Of a stretch of 64,000 nt of DNA, positions 27,458 to 38,454 are shown piece after piece (within the stretch, counting starts at the first letter, position 1; every line of letters starts with the position of its first letter). Origin of the DNA: a virus. The DNA is taken from the IMG/VR virus record IMGVR_UViG_3300020213_000001; one strand, written 5' to 3'. Position numbers and translations under genes: made by a program. The notes under the pieces are model-generated. The model made no database searches. It saw only the letters and a program-made list of their open reading frames with translations, and was not told the origin of the DNA.

Positions 27458-29071
27458 CTATACTGGGTCTGGTCCGAATATCTTTGTGATTTCAGAGTTA
27501 ACAGTTCCCCAATGACCAAGTCCTGTGTCTCCGGGATAAAGAATATAAAACACTAGCTGAATACCTGTAGCAGCTACTAATCGAATAAGCTCTTCAGCGT
27601 ACAAACGTCCTGCCACTACGTCTGTAATATACGACTGATATGAAGTCCCATCCGTAGCTGGATCAAATGGGAAGTTTTGAGAAATCAAAGAAATGTTTGT
27701 CCCAGATGGGTGTGAATTCTCAAACACATAAGAAGGGTTTAGCAACAACTGAGTGCTAGAAGGACGTGCGGTGTATGGAACGGGCCCTTCTTCTCTGCTA
27801 GTCCCAAACCCAAACACCAAGTGTCCCTGCTTGTCTGGAATATCAGAGGCATTGTTTACTGTAATCAATAATTCTGCATTTCCATCTACTAATTGAGTTG
27901 TTTCGCACTCTTCTCCACCAATAACGTAAGCCTTGGTGATATCGTAAATATACGGGCCTAGTTCGTCCGGTAGTCCAGAGCCAGACGTTACAAAGTGTGT
28001 AGATCCTATTCTGTTTCTCCTAACTACCTTGGTGGTAGCTGGCATGAATACCTCTAAAAGTCTGTTTTCTGTTTGAAAAGCCGCTGCAAAAGTGTTTTTA
28101 GAAACAAGAGTCTTTCTTTCTGGGCTAAAAAATAAAATACCCTCATCATTTCCCTGAGCTGTTGTTTCAGAAACACCTGTTGGGTTTTCCCACTCAACAT
28201 AGGCTTCTCCTGAGACTCCGCCATGAGAGTTTGTTATTGTAAAAGTGCCTCTGTTTACTGCGCTAAAAGCAGTTCCATATATATTTACGTAGTCATCTTT
28301 ATTGACCTTACCTACAGAGGGGTCTGGTCCGCCAGACCATGTGGCTCTAATGATACCGCCGTTTTCAATACTGATAGTCCACTGAGTCGCGGCTAGTCCG
28401 GTAGTTTGCCTTATCTCGGCAAACCTTAATTTATTTTGAGCCTTACCTCCCAACACTCTTACTGAAGAGCTGGGTCCGTTAGTTTCAGATATTAAGACGG
28501 GATACCCACCAATACCGTCGTCTTTGGCTATTGCAGAGCCCTTTCTTCCTAGTCTTCTAGTTTCTTTAGTAATAGCGTCTGACACTTCTTGGGCTGTAGC
28601 TGAATTTATGTTAGAAAACTGAGAGGCTTTAAAGACTATTGTTACGGGTGGTTGGTCATCAAAGCTAACGATTAAGTTATCACCATTTTCTAATGCATAC
28701 GTTTCTAGCTCTTCAGCCTGTATTGAAGCCCTTACAAAATCTTCTCCATATACGATACGTAAAATTTCATGAACCAAGTCCCTAACCTGTTTCCTAGTAG
28801 AAATGGCTATCCCAATTTCCCTAAACGCTTCATCTGCCAGACCTACGTTGTCTGGCCTTGTAATGTTTCTTCCAGCTAACAGTTGGTCTAGATACTGCCC
28901 TTCAGCGGTAACTACATAAAGCATGTCATTGATTTGCTCTACATTGTTAATGAGGTAGGAAGCACCCGTAGATAGAGCGTTTAGAACTGCGTCAGTTCCT
29001 GGGCCTCTAATGCTAGGGTTTAGATAGCTTCTTAATCGCTTTTGTTCGTCTTCAATACTCATTCTATCCAA
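27458..29071 (-). CDS. Baseplate wedge protein
   Basis: TAEGQYLD...R..GL.DEAFR motif typical of wedge subunits following baseplate J. Confidence 0.7.
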   Translation of the reverse strand: MDRMSIEDEQKRLRSYLNPSIRGPGTDAVLNALSTGASYLINNVEQINDMLYVVTAEGQYLDQLLAGRNITRPDNVGLADEAFREIGIAISTRKQVRDLVHEILRIVYGEDFVRASIQAEELETYALENGDNLIVSFDDQPPVTIVFKASQFSNINSATAQEVSDAITKETRRLGRKGSAIAKDDGIGGYPVLISETNGPSSSVRVLGGKAQNKLRFAEIRQTTGLAATQWTISIENGGIIRATWSGGPDPSVGKVNKDDYVNIYGTAFSAVNRGTFTITNSHGGVSGEAYVEWENPTGVSETTAQGNDEGILFFSPERKTLVSKNTFAAAFQTENRLLEVFMPATTKVVRRNRIGSTHFVTSGSGLPDELGPYIYDITKAYVIGGEECETTQLVDGNAELLITVNNASDIPDKQGHLVFGFGTSREEGPVPYTARPSSTQLLLNPSYVFENSHPSGTNISLISQNFPFDPATDGTSYQSYITDVVAGRLYAEELIRLVAATGIQLVFYILYPGDTGLGHWGTVNSEITKIFGPDPV

Positions 29072-32000
29072 CTTTCGAGATTTGAATGTCGTTAATAGGG
29101 TCTATAATAAACGCTTTTTCTGAAGGATTTACAGCTATTACATCGTTTGTAATGTTGTAAGATGGAGAGGTAATACTAACCGCTTTTACACCGGGAATGC
29201 TGTTTACAACAGACACAATGTCTGAAATGGCAATACTAACACCAACTCCAGAAGAGTTAATCAAAGAAGAGACGTTATTCCTAACCTGTTCTGCGATTTT
29301 ACTGAAGGGTATTCCTGTATTTACCCTAACTCCAACTCCAACCCTTATCCGTCTCTTTAGAGAAGACTTAATAAAGATTTCAGCACCGGCGGCCGATGTT
29401 CCTGGATAGCTTGCATTATCTCTAGGATCTCCGTAGGTAATCCTGTTTGCCTCTGCGATTAATCCAGTGTTGAATTTATAGGAATCTAACCCTAGTTTAA
29501 CGCTAGTAGAGAAATTCAACTTTCCTATGGCATAAACAGACACTTCACCTGCGTCTCTGTTTGACTTCAAATACTGATCGTTTGTGGTGAATATAAGATC
29601 TGTCCTGCTTGAATTTCCAGGATCAACAGCCTTACTGTAGATTTGTTTATACCCAACATACTTGAGAAACTCTTCAATATATACTTGAATAAATTTATCA
29701 GCTAGTTGAACGGCTGTTTTAGAAGCCAAAATAGATCCGACTACAATAGTGTTTCTATCTAAAACTGCTACTACTGAATAATCTCCAACGTTATCCCCAT
29801 CAAATACATCGCCTGAATTGATGAATCTATCTCCGACAACGGTTGCGTCGTAATCAGAAAAAACAACAGAAGGGTTGTGGGCTTCAAATACGTCTGTTAT
29901 GGTTAGGTTGGTTTCTACTACGGCCTTTGAGTTGGCAACCTCAATGTAGTTAACCCCTGATTTCAAAACCATGAAATTACCCTGATTGTCGGCGTCAAAG
30001 TCGGTACCAAAAGTAGCCACGTCTCCAAACTTAGCAAGGCTAAGGGTTGGCTGTGTACCTACAGAGTTCCACTCAACACGCATAACGCCGCTGGACACTA
30101 CAACATCAAACTCTGTTGTTCCACTGAAACCCAATGAACGCAGGTTACTTGCAACAGTGACAACTTCTTCTACGGCATTGATATTTTCAATATAAAAACT
30201 ATTGCTATATGGTCTAATAACCCTAAAGGTACCCCTGTTTAGAGTAGCAAAAGAATCGTCTATAACTACGCTATCTCCCTCTCTAATTTTAGCTGAGATA
30301 ACAAAAGATCCAGCCGCTACGACTTGACCGACGGCATCGATGCCGTCTGGATTATCAACAACAAGTACACTTCCATCGTCCGAAACACCTACTACTGGGA
30401 ATGTTCCGTTGTTTTCAGCATTTGTGAAGTTAGTAATAACAGCAACATCACTTCTCTGAGACTCTAAAAAGTTTACGACTCCAGAAGAAACCGTGTATTC
30501 CGTATACCCAGTGGCTTCGTTATAGTTAACAGCAACAGTAGAAGATGCATCATTAATCTCTACAGTTTTAGAAAAAACGGGACTTGATCCGACTTCTGTC
30601 CATGAGATACAGACTAGTTTACCGTGCTTTTCTACCTGGAATGTTCTGTTTCTGTCCCTAAAGAAATTTCTAGGCTCTCCAAAGTAAAGGTCGGCAGAGG
30701 TTCGGCTAGAAAGTTCAATTGTAGACTGACCGGCTGTAGGTGCGTTTGCTGTAATATCTACAACGGTTGCAAACCCCATCCCAGTGTCTTTCTTCTGAGC
30801 CCTTAATGCTTCTAGTTTAACCCACTGGTTTGAATATAGCCCTTCAGAGGCAGAACGCAATATAATTGCCTTCATCATGTCAGAGTCTTCAACCTTAGAG
30901 GCTGACTGCAGTAGTGGTGCCTGAGAGCTATTCCCTCTGCCACCAGCAATCTGGACGGCTCCGTTAGATCCTAGGATATTAGTTCTTAGCTGTATCTTTC
31001 TGTCTCTAGAAGAAGTGTTAATATCTCCGAGCGTGGTAAATCCCGTAACTGCTAGGACATTTAGGAATTCAGAGAGTTGTTTTGCAGTTGTTGGGATTAG
31101 CCTGACTTCTTCACCAGTATTGAAGGCGTATGCATTAGCTGTAGAAGTATTGAACGAAGGAATAGACAACGCCTTCTTAAACCTAAACTGATAAGTAGGA
31201 GCGGCAGCGTCTAGGTCTGATATTTCAATCCAATTAATGCCGTCTAGAAGGTTAATACCGACATATGCAAAGTCAGAATCTTCTTCTGTGGATTTAGAAA
31301 TAACACCAGCTCCAGTTGTGCCACTGTCATCTACCAATACTGAAGTTAAGTAATCAGCCAAATTACTAGAACAATAGGCCACTACTTCAGCGGCAGTTGT
31401 ATTGTCGGCTAGATATAGCCTAATAGTGTTATTAGTTAGGGTAGCCTTGTTAGACTCTGCAGTAGCAGCCCCAACCTCTCTGATAGTGGTAAAAGAACTG
31501 GAAGTAGAGCTGGAAACTCTAAATGTACCTGTATTTTCCAGGGCAAATTCACCTTCTGGGATAACGGTTGCATAACCACCAGAAGAAAGTGCTGAATCAA
31601 TGCTAGGGTTAGTTCCAGTTGCATTCCATGTATATGTTACGGCATCATATGCGCCCATGTTTGTAACTGTAACATCCCACTCGGTAGTTCCATCAATAGC
31701 ATTAAGAACAGCGTTGCCGGATTTTAGTGCTATACGAATGTTAACGCTAGTACCCACAGAAACGACATGTGTCATGGGCTGATTGTCAGATGTTGGATAG
31801 ATATACCCTACGTTATATCTCTCTCCGTCGTATCCCCAATCTACAGACCTAAATATAACTGCGTCTTGGTTTGCCATTGGGTTTGTGGGGTGCAGTACAT
31901 TTCTAGCCTGCATCAATGCGCGGTAGTTTTTGAATGCAAATTCTGCACCAAAAAACTCTTCAAATTGAGTAGTAGCTCCTGAAGCGGTGTCATACGCTCT

Positions 32001-34976
32001 AAAATTGTTAGAGTTTATCCCAGTAGTGTTGTTGGTTATGGCTCTTCTATATAGAGGAATAGAAAACGTCTTGTCAGAAGAATTTGAGTCTAAAATAACA
32101 GTTAAACCATCGTTTGCCCCAAACTGATAGGTATCCGCAACATGGAATCTATCAGCTACCCTCAATCTGCGGATTAATTGACTGGAATCAATTTCAATAT
32201 TGTTTGCCGTAATTGCGTCAATCTGAACAGACTCTCCAGAAGAGATGTTGTCTGGTATTAACCCAAACGGCTCTTCCATAGTAACCTGTGCGTTTGGATT
32301 TATTCCAAGTGAGGATATGTCGGCGGCAGAATCAAAGTCCGAAACAGTAGAGTTTGGTGGGTCTGAAAAGCTATCGTCTGTAATCTTTTCGTGAATAAAC
32401 AACGGAAACTCGTTATCAGACGCTTCACTAACTTGGAATGCAAACAAGGAAACTTGGCTGGATTGACGAGTGTTTTCTTCGAAGTTAATCAATTTACCGG
32501 ACTCGTCAAAGGTTATTACGAAAACTTCGCCATCTAACCCCTCTGTCTGTGTTGTGACAGAGATGAATTCATCATTTTCAGCAACAGAAGTAGCCCCAAT
32601 GATATTCTCGGACAATGAAGCGGCAATGCTGTTTATGTTATAAGAACCTGAAGCTATTTTTACTTTCTGAATAGCTTTTTTAGTTCTAACTACTGCAATA
32701 CCTTCGCCCCAAACAATTGGACCCTCGATTACTGCAGAGCCGTATTCTGAAGGAGTTACCTTAAGTTCAATATAATTAGCTGCATTGGCGTATACTTTAG
32801 CCTCAAGCCTGTTTGCCGTAGACAAGTCTGTAGACCATAGAATTACCCAGTCTCCTACTTCAACGTTATCAAAAGCAGTGGCATCGTTTGATGTATATCT
32901 AATGACATTGACTGCTGGCTTGGTTACAGAAATTGTAGTGTCGGAAATCACACCAGTGTTTATATAAGAAGCGTCTTTATTGTCAATCAAAAACCATAGG
33001 TATGCGTCGTTGATCAGTGTTACTGTATTACTAACAAAGGGGCTACTTACGATGCTGCCTTTTGTAAATTCAGTTCCGGCAGTTAAGCTATCTCCAGCCT
33101 CAAGCGGCTCTATTAGTTTAAACTGAGCAGTGTTTCTAGACAGAATGAAGTCAGCCTCAAGACCACTTGCTTCAAGACCGATTAGGGCGGTAAATAAACC
33201 CTTGACTACTAGTGTTGAAGTGGGGTTAATAGAAAGACTTGCCCTAGAGCTTGATCCTAAATTTGAAGAAATAAAGATTTGATTGCCGTTAATGGATGCC
33301 GTAACACCTGTTATTTTTGTATTGAAAACATTAACCCAAGACTCAAGACTGTTGTTTTTAGATACAGAGGTATAGCTACCCTCTTCAAGGAAATCAGAAT
33401 TTGTAAAGGTATAGGTGATTTCTTGAGTACCATCTACAGACAATAGAATAGTGTCACCAGTTGTAATGGCGTTAGACCAATTAGACTGGTTTTCTGTAGT
33501 GATCTTAGCTGGACGGCCGTTTCTGTTTAGGGCTTTTTTGTTCTTATATAGCCGCAATGTCTGGATTTCTCCAACCGGCAACCCTAGTAGTTCACCGGCA
33601 TCGTTTCCAAAAGTAGGGACTGTTTTCTCTAGAAACTCACTCTCTTCTTCTCTAGAAAAAATAACCACTCTAGTTCTATTCTCTATAGTACTAGCTGAAT
33701 AGCTAGACGTTGGGTTTGCATTGATAGAAGATATAACCTCATCGGCAGTAGCATTTCCTGGAGATCTAAAGTCTTCATTTTCAAACGTATGTTGGGATAT
33801 TTCCCCACCAACAAGAATGGCCAACCTATCTCCGCCAGTAATCTGAAACGGTGCGGTAGCGTTGGATACTAGAAAAGCCTTAGCTACAGAAGTTTGTCTT
33901 CCGCCGGTGGCTAGTTGAAAATACTTTTCGCCACCTAGAGCGGAGTCGATGATAAACTCAAGACCCACACCATCTGTTTTTTCTTCGTAACCTTCACCAT
34001 CATCAATAAACATTGTAGTGGTAACGCCGTCTGAGAAAATCTCATTAGACTTAATTACGGCGTTTTCATCTGGAGCCTTTGCTCCCAACACTGCTGATTT
34101 TACAGCAATAGCAGTCCCCAACCCTCTAGAAATTCTGGCTAGCTTAATTCTAGTCCTAATTTCAGGATCGGTGTCTGCATTTTTTCCAGTAGTAAAGGGA
34201 CTATCGTTGGTTACACTAGCTCCCGAAAACGGGTTAGAGGAAAACTTCTTAATTCCATTTCTAGGTACGTTTCCATCCGAACCAGGATCTTGGGCGGCAA
34301 CAGGAACACTGGTGATTGAATTTTCTCCGTCTAGAATAACGGCTTGTTGAGTAAGTGTGAAATTAACATCTCCAGAAACGCCTGAAGTAGGTGATACCAC
34401 CACTTGACCAGCCGCAACAGTACGGACTCCGCCTTGAGCTAAAATAACAGACTCTGAAATATTGTGAAATTTAGAGGTAATAGATGTTAGGTTAATCTCG
34501 TAATATCCACCAACAGTTGTTATAGAGCTGTAAGCTAGCGGTCCCTCGACGTTTGGGGTACCTCGGCCGATATAGATTGATCCGGTGGCACTAAACAAGG
34601 AAGCTTCGGAAACCTTAATAACGTTAGAGCCAATATTGGGAGGATTGCCGCCTGCATAGATTTTAGTAGAAATCTTATCAAAAGATGTGTCCCTAATAGT
34701 AACAGTTCCTGTGGCTACCCTGTCTCCGTCTACTTTTACGAATTCTTCGCGGGCTATTCTTTTTAGTTTTTCACCAGAAGCCCTGTCTACGTTGAAATCC
34801 CTCAAGATAGAAAAGTTGTCGGCTGAAGCCCTATATACTGCCTGAGCCATTGCTTCAAAAAACGAAGTTACAGCAGAACCTGTATTTAGGTCTGAAATAC
34901 CTCTGGAAGCCATGTAGGAGGCTAACATGTCTGAGAGTATCTGCTCGTAACTTTTGGGTAAGGGTACACTGGCCAT
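29064..34976 (-). CDS. Giant baseplate J-like protein (1970 aa)
   Basis: N-term DLNTGSAVTSFFEA, ASGEKL, GNV, TGKNADTD.EIRTRI; C-term SDIVSVVNSIPGV. Confidence 0.8.
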   Translation of the reverse strand: MASVPLPKSYEQILSDMLASYMASRGISDLNTGSAVTSFFEAMAQAVYRASADNFSILRDFNVDRASGEKLKRIAREEFVKVDGDRVATGTVTIRDTSFDKISTKIYAGGNPPNIGSNVIKVSEASLFSATGSIYIGRGTPNVEGPLAYSSITTVGGYYEINLTSITSKFHNISESVILAQGGVRTVAAGQVVVSPTSGVSGDVNFTLTQQAVILDGENSITSVPVAAQDPGSDGNVPRNGIKKFSSNPFSGASVTNDSPFTTGKNADTDPEIRTRIKLARISRGLGTAIAVKSAVLGAKAPDENAVIKSNEIFSDGVTTTMFIDDGEGYEEKTDGVGLEFIIDSALGGEKYFQLATGGRQTSVAKAFLVSNATAPFQITGGDRLAILVGGEISQHTFENEDFRSPGNATADEVISSINANPTSSYSASTIENRTRVVIFSREEESEFLEKTVPTFGNDAGELLGLPVGEIQTLRLYKNKKALNRNGRPAKITTENQSNWSNAITTGDTILLSVDGTQEITYTFTNSDFLEEGSYTSVSKNNSLESWVNVFNTKITGVTASINGNQIFISSNLGSSSRASLSINPTSTLVVKGLFTALIGLEASGLEADFILSRNTAQFKLIEPLEAGDSLTAGTEFTKGSIVSSPFVSNTVTLINDAYLWFLIDNKDASYINTGVISDTTISVTKPAVNVIRYTSNDATAFDNVEVGDWVILWSTDLSTANRLEAKVYANAANYIELKVTPSEYGSAVIEGPIVWGEGIAVVRTKKAIQKVKIASGSYNINSIAASLSENIIGATSVAENDEFISVTTQTEGLDGEVFVITFDESGKLINFEENTRQSSQVSLFAFQVSEASDNEFPLFIHEKITDDSFSDPPNSTVSDFDSAADISSLGINPNAQVTMEEPFGLIPDNISSGESVQIDAITANNIEIDSSQLIRRLRVADRFHVADTYQFGANDGLTVILDSNSSDKTFSIPLYRRAITNNTTGINSNNFRAYDTASGATTQFEEFFGAEFAFKNYRALMQARNVLHPTNPMANQDAVIFRSVDWGYDGERYNVGYIYPTSDNQPMTHVVSVGTSVNIRIALKSGNAVLNAIDGTTEWDVTVTNMGAYDAVTYTWNATGTNPSIDSALSSGGYATVIPEGEFALENTGTFRVSSSTSSSFTTIREVGAATAESNKATLTNNTIRLYLADNTTAAEVVAYCSSNLADYLTSVLVDDSGTTGAGVISKSTEEDSDFAYVGINLLDGINWIEISDLDAAAPTYQFRFKKALSIPSFNTSTANAYAFNTGEEVRLIPTTAKQLSEFLNVLAVTGFTTLGDINTSSRDRKIQLRTNILGSNGAVQIAGGRGNSSQAPLLQSASKVEDSDMMKAIILRSASEGLYSNQWVKLEALRAQKKDTGMGFATVVDITANAPTAGQSTIELSSRTSADLYFGEPRNFFRDRNRTFQVEKHGKLVCISWTEVGSSPVFSKTVEINDASSTVAVNYNEATGYTEYTVSSGVVNFLESQRSDVAVITNFTNAENNGTFPVVGVSDDGSVLVVDNPDGIDAVGQVVAAGSFVISAKIREGDSVVIDDSFATLNRGTFRVIRPYSNSFYIENINAVEEVVTVASNLRSLGFSGTTEFDVVVSSGVMRVEWNSVGTQPTLSLAKFGDVATFGTDFDADNQGNFMVLKSGVNYIEVANSKAVVETNLTITDVFEAHNPSVVFSDYDATVVGDRFINSGDVFDGDNVGDYSVVAVLDRNTIVVGSILASKTAVQLADKFIQVYIEEFLKYVGYKQIYSKAVDPGNSSRTDLIFTTNDQYLKSNRDAGEVSVYAIGKLNFSTSVKLGLDSYKFNTGLIAEANRITYGDPRDNASYPGTSAAGAEIFIKSSLKRRIRVGVGVRVNTGIPFSKIAEQVRNNVSSLINSSGVGVSIAISDIVSVVNSIPGVKAVSITSPSYNITNDVIAVNPSEKAFIIDPINDIQISKVG

Positions 34977-35006
34977 AAAAATCCTTATCTTTTATAATAC
35001 CACAGA

Positions 35007-37673
35007 TTATACTTCGAACGTTATAGGGACTATTCCACTTCCACCAGCAATCTTTACAGACATATCAATAAATAAAGTGGGGCCGTTTAACCTGATACTG
35101 ATACTGTCAATAGCATCAAATCTGGGATCGTCTTGAACCATTTTATTCAAAGCACTGATTATTTCGCCGCTTTCTATGTCTGCTAGTGAAATACCCACAG
35201 ACAACCCTAGTCCAAACTCAAGGTGTCTTAGTAGGGTGCCCTTTTTTGTCCTAATTTTAAGCTTAAGGGCTTGAATTAGGTTTGTAAGACCGTTAGCTAG
35301 TTGAAACTCTCCAATATCATTTATAGCCAAATCGCCATTGTCGTCTAGCAAGAAATCGACCTTGGATACTTTGCTTAGATTGTCTTCGTCTAAATGACTA
35401 GGTGTTCTTATTCTGTCATCTGGGTCGGACGGGGCATCTACTGGGATATAAATTTGATTCTGACTATTTACAGTTCCCGGTAAATACCCCTGAATCTTTG
35501 CATTGCCAGCGGTAGTTAGAAGGGAAAGGTTATCCAACCCATCAAAACTAATTAAAAAATTGCCTTCACCTATCTTCTCGATATTGATGATTTTTCTAGT
35601 AAAAGCAGGCACAGTGTCACTTTTTAGGGTTATTTTCTGACCTATATAAAACCTACGTTCGGTGTCATCTACATTTATCTGCCTACCGTCTCCATTGGAT
35701 AGCAAGCTATATATAAATCCGACTTCATCTATGTAGGGAGAAGTTAGCTTGTTTAAGGTAGCTATTTCTACCCACTTGTCAGGGTTTCCTAAATATCTAG
35801 CCGCAATGGCTTCAATTGTTAATCCAAATGGAATGGGAACTAGTAGTTTTGACTCTGATTGATCAAAATCAATACCAGCTTCGCCAGCCAATCCGCCAAC
35901 GTATTCCATCGGGTCTTGTATAGACAAATCATCGAAGGCTTTTGTGGAAGTTAGTAGGTCATACATTTGAATCGTGTCAAACAATGATGCTAATAGTTCG
36001 TTTTCTTCAATAGACATCGGCAATGTTCTTGCTCTTGGGTCTGGACGACCGTAAACGTCCGAATACACTTGGCTTCCTGCTCCAAATACGTTTGACAAAT
36101 CAAGGGCAAGTGTCAATATTTCCTGTCTAAAATTTCTTAAGTCATTACTAGTAATCAACCTAGTACTGTCTATTTCGTCATCAATAGATTGCCGCTGCTC
36201 TGGAGAAATAGACAAACTATCAATGTCTACGGCATCAAATAAATCAAAATAAGTCTCTGGATTTTCAAAAAACTCATTAGTAGCACTAGTTCTTTGAGAC
36301 TGAGACGCCCCTAGCCCCAATGCGCCGCCAGAAACAGCATCGTTACTTAGACCTTCACTATATAGACTTTCAAACCTTATCTGATTGTAAGCTAGTCCAG
36401 CCTTGATTTCCTGGCTATCTGCCCGAATGGCTCCTGCTGTAAATAAACTGCCTGAAGAGCTTCCAGAACTGCCTCCAGGGCCTCTTTGAAACGAACTTCC
36501 AATGATGTTTAGAGAGTCCCTTATTGAAGACCTATAGTCACTGATAATCTGTCTAGGTAGGTCGGCAACACTTATTACCGCTCCCGACACATCCTTTATC
36601 AACAAAGCTGTTTGCCTTAGAACGTTCAAAGGAGCTTGAAAATCTGTTCTAACGGCTTTAATCAGATTAATACTATTCCCAACAAGCCTGCGACTTTCTT
36701 TAACAGTGCCCATAACTCGTTGAAATACGTTAGCATCTAGCTCGGGTAGTAGCTGTGACCCGGCGGCAGGTGCCTCTAGTTTAATTCTTTTCCAAGCCTT
36801 AAGCTGTAGATTCCACAGCATTTCCATGGGTTTCTCTTTGTTTTGCTCAAGAGAAAAACCCTGTGGAGTAACGATAAATGCTTGATTTTGCTTAGGAATA
36901 TCGAAAACTAAACGCCAATTCTTGTTTTTTGGGTTTCTTTTTGCGACAACATACCTTTCAAGGAACTGACCAAGAAGGAGTGCCTGGTAGTAACCTGTTG
37001 AAAACACTGTAGACCCATCATTAAATGGCTCAACCGCATCTGTAGTGGTAGCTGGATACGATCCAGAAAATGCCCTAGCAATTCTCTTAGAATCACCTAG
37101 AATATTGTTAAACTGACTAAGGCTTCCTGCGAATATACTGCCCAAAGAAGAGGGCGACCTGGGAATACCGCCTATAGAGGGCTTTTGGGGCCATATACCC
37201 GTGGTACCCTGAGCTGTAATGGTCTTAAACCTTACACCGCCGTGTTCTTCTACAATACCCCTCATTGTAGCGCTGGTGTTGATTGCAAATTCATCAGCAA
37301 TTCTAAGCATTTGAGGGGTTATTGGTAGGTTAAGCTCCCAAGATCCATTTCGGATTTCTTGGGTTAAAACATACTCAAAACCACCGTTTTCCTGTGGTCT
37401 GGAGGTTTTTCCTTGAGTTAAAGTACCGCGAGAAGAGCCTCCTCCTAGTATTTTATTAGGTTTAGTGATGTCTATAACCAATAGTCGGTATGGGTATAGC
37501 TTGTCCCACCTAGAAGGATCAATATCTAACGGCTTAAAAAAGGCCTCTTCTGGTTCGTTTAATTTCCAAGCAGAAGGCTGTATTCCGGTGGAATTACTGA
37601 CTTTATCACTACCCAACCCTAATTGTTTGGATACGAAATTCTGTCCGTTTTTTATCAGGCTATTGGATGCCAT
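35007..37673 (-). CDS. Baseplate protein with LysM-like segment and gp25/GPW-like C-terminus
   Basis: TIEAIAARYLGNPDKWVEIATLNKL; GLTNLIQAL..TKKGTLLRH.EFG; DPRF. Confidence 0.75.
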   Translation of the reverse strand: MASNSLIKNGQNFVSKQLGLGSDKVSNSTGIQPSAWKLNEPEEAFFKPLDIDPSRWDKLYPYRLLVIDITKPNKILGGGSSRGTLTQGKTSRPQENGGFEYVLTQEIRNGSWELNLPITPQMLRIADEFAINTSATMRGIVEEHGGVRFKTITAQGTTGIWPQKPSIGGIPRSPSSLGSIFAGSLSQFNNILGDSKRIARAFSGSYPATTTDAVEPFNDGSTVFSTGYYQALLLGQFLERYVVAKRNPKNKNWRLVFDIPKQNQAFIVTPQGFSLEQNKEKPMEMLWNLQLKAWKRIKLEAPAAGSQLLPELDANVFQRVMGTVKESRRLVGNSINLIKAVRTDFQAPLNVLRQTALLIKDVSGAVISVADLPRQIISDYRSSIRDSLNIIGSSFQRGPGGSSGSSSGSLFTAGAIRADSQEIKAGLAYNQIRFESLYSEGLSNDAVSGGALGLGASQSQRTSATNEFFENPETYFDLFDAVDIDSLSISPEQRQSIDDEIDSTRLITSNDLRNFRQEILTLALDLSNVFGAGSQVYSDVYGRPDPRARTLPMSIEENELLASLFDTIQMYDLLTSTKAFDDLSIQDPMEYVGGLAGEAGIDFDQSESKLLVPIPFGLTIEAIAARYLGNPDKWVEIATLNKLTSPYIDEVGFIYSLLSNGDGRQINVDDTERRFYIGQKITLKSDTVPAFTRKIINIEKIGEGNFLISFDGLDNLSLLTTAGNAKIQGYLPGTVNSQNQIYIPVDAPSDPDDRIRTPSHLDEDNLSKVSKVDFLLDDNGDLAINDIGEFQLANGLTNLIQALKLKIRTKKGTLLRHLEFGLGLSVGISLADIESGEIISALNKMVQDDPRFDAIDSISIRLNGPTLFIDMSVKIAGGSGIVPITFEV

Positions 37674-37774
37674 GTGGTTGAATTCTCGGGGTTTAAAAGA
37701 AGGGAAAAGAAGTGGTATTATAGGTAAAGATTGAGATTTAAAGCAATCTTTAGATAAACCATATAAAAGGCTGT

Positions 37775-37915
37775 ATGAATTTCAACTTTCTATTCGGCTC
37801 CATTATAGTCCTTGGCACTATCATTAGTGTAATTTATAACACAAAAAAAGCCATCCTAGCTAAAGAAAAGAAGTCACGACTAAAAATCGTACAAAACCAG
37901 TACAACAGGCAATGA
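37775..37915 (+). CDS. Small single-TM membrane protein (46 aa)
   Basis: MNFNFLFGSIIVLGTIISVIY + basic tail; ATGA overlap with the next gene. Confidence 0.55.
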   Translation: MNFNFLFGSIIVLGTIISVIYNTKKAILAKEKKSRLKIVQNQYNRQ

Positions 37916-38454
37916 GAACAGTTATTTTAATCCTTATCACGTTTTTCCATTCTGCATGTGTTGTACTTAGCATTGACAAACAACACCCAGACATTCACCC
38001 TGAATTAAGACCATATGTAGAGGAAATCGTAATGATGTCTAAGGGTAGGATAAGACCTATACATCTTCAAGGTCTTACAATGGGTTTTAAAAAGTTTGAT
38101 TCGAATGACAACGCCATAGGTCTGTATAAGCTCACATCTTACGAAATTGATATCAACATTGACTGGTGGATTAACACCCCTTCTCAAACAAAAAGGTTTG
38201 AGTTAATAGCTCACGAAATAGGCCACGCTGTTCTTAAAAGAGGACACACTAGTGGTACTGGTTACGAATCCATTGGTGGATGGCTGGAAAGAACATGTTT
38301 TTATTTTGGTTTTTGCAAAACAACCCCCTCTCTAGAGGACGGCTGTCCTGCATCTTTAATGCACCCGTATTCTATAGACGAACAGTGTCTTGACAGACAT
38401 CTATCTCATTACATAGAAGAGCTATTTGAAAGAGAAACAAGTGTCAATAATTGA
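37912..38454 (+). CDS. Secreted/lipoprotein zinc metallopeptidase (metzincin-like)
   Basis: Signal ending HSAC; HEIGHAVLKRGH; Met-turn SLMHP. Confidence 0.75.
   Translation: MRTVILILITFFHSACVVLSIDKQHPDIHPELRPYVEEIVMMSKGRIRPIHLQGLTMGFKKFDSNDNAIGLYKLTSYEIDINIDWWINTPSQTKRFELIAHEIGHAVLKRGHTSGTGYESIGGWLERTCFYFGFCKTTPSLEDGCPASLMHPYSIDEQCLDRHLSHYIEELFERETSVNN

Noticed and set aside
18194-37734. Many short + strand ORFs opposite the tail and baseplate genes
   Set aside because: Antisense shadows of long, coherent - strand structural genes
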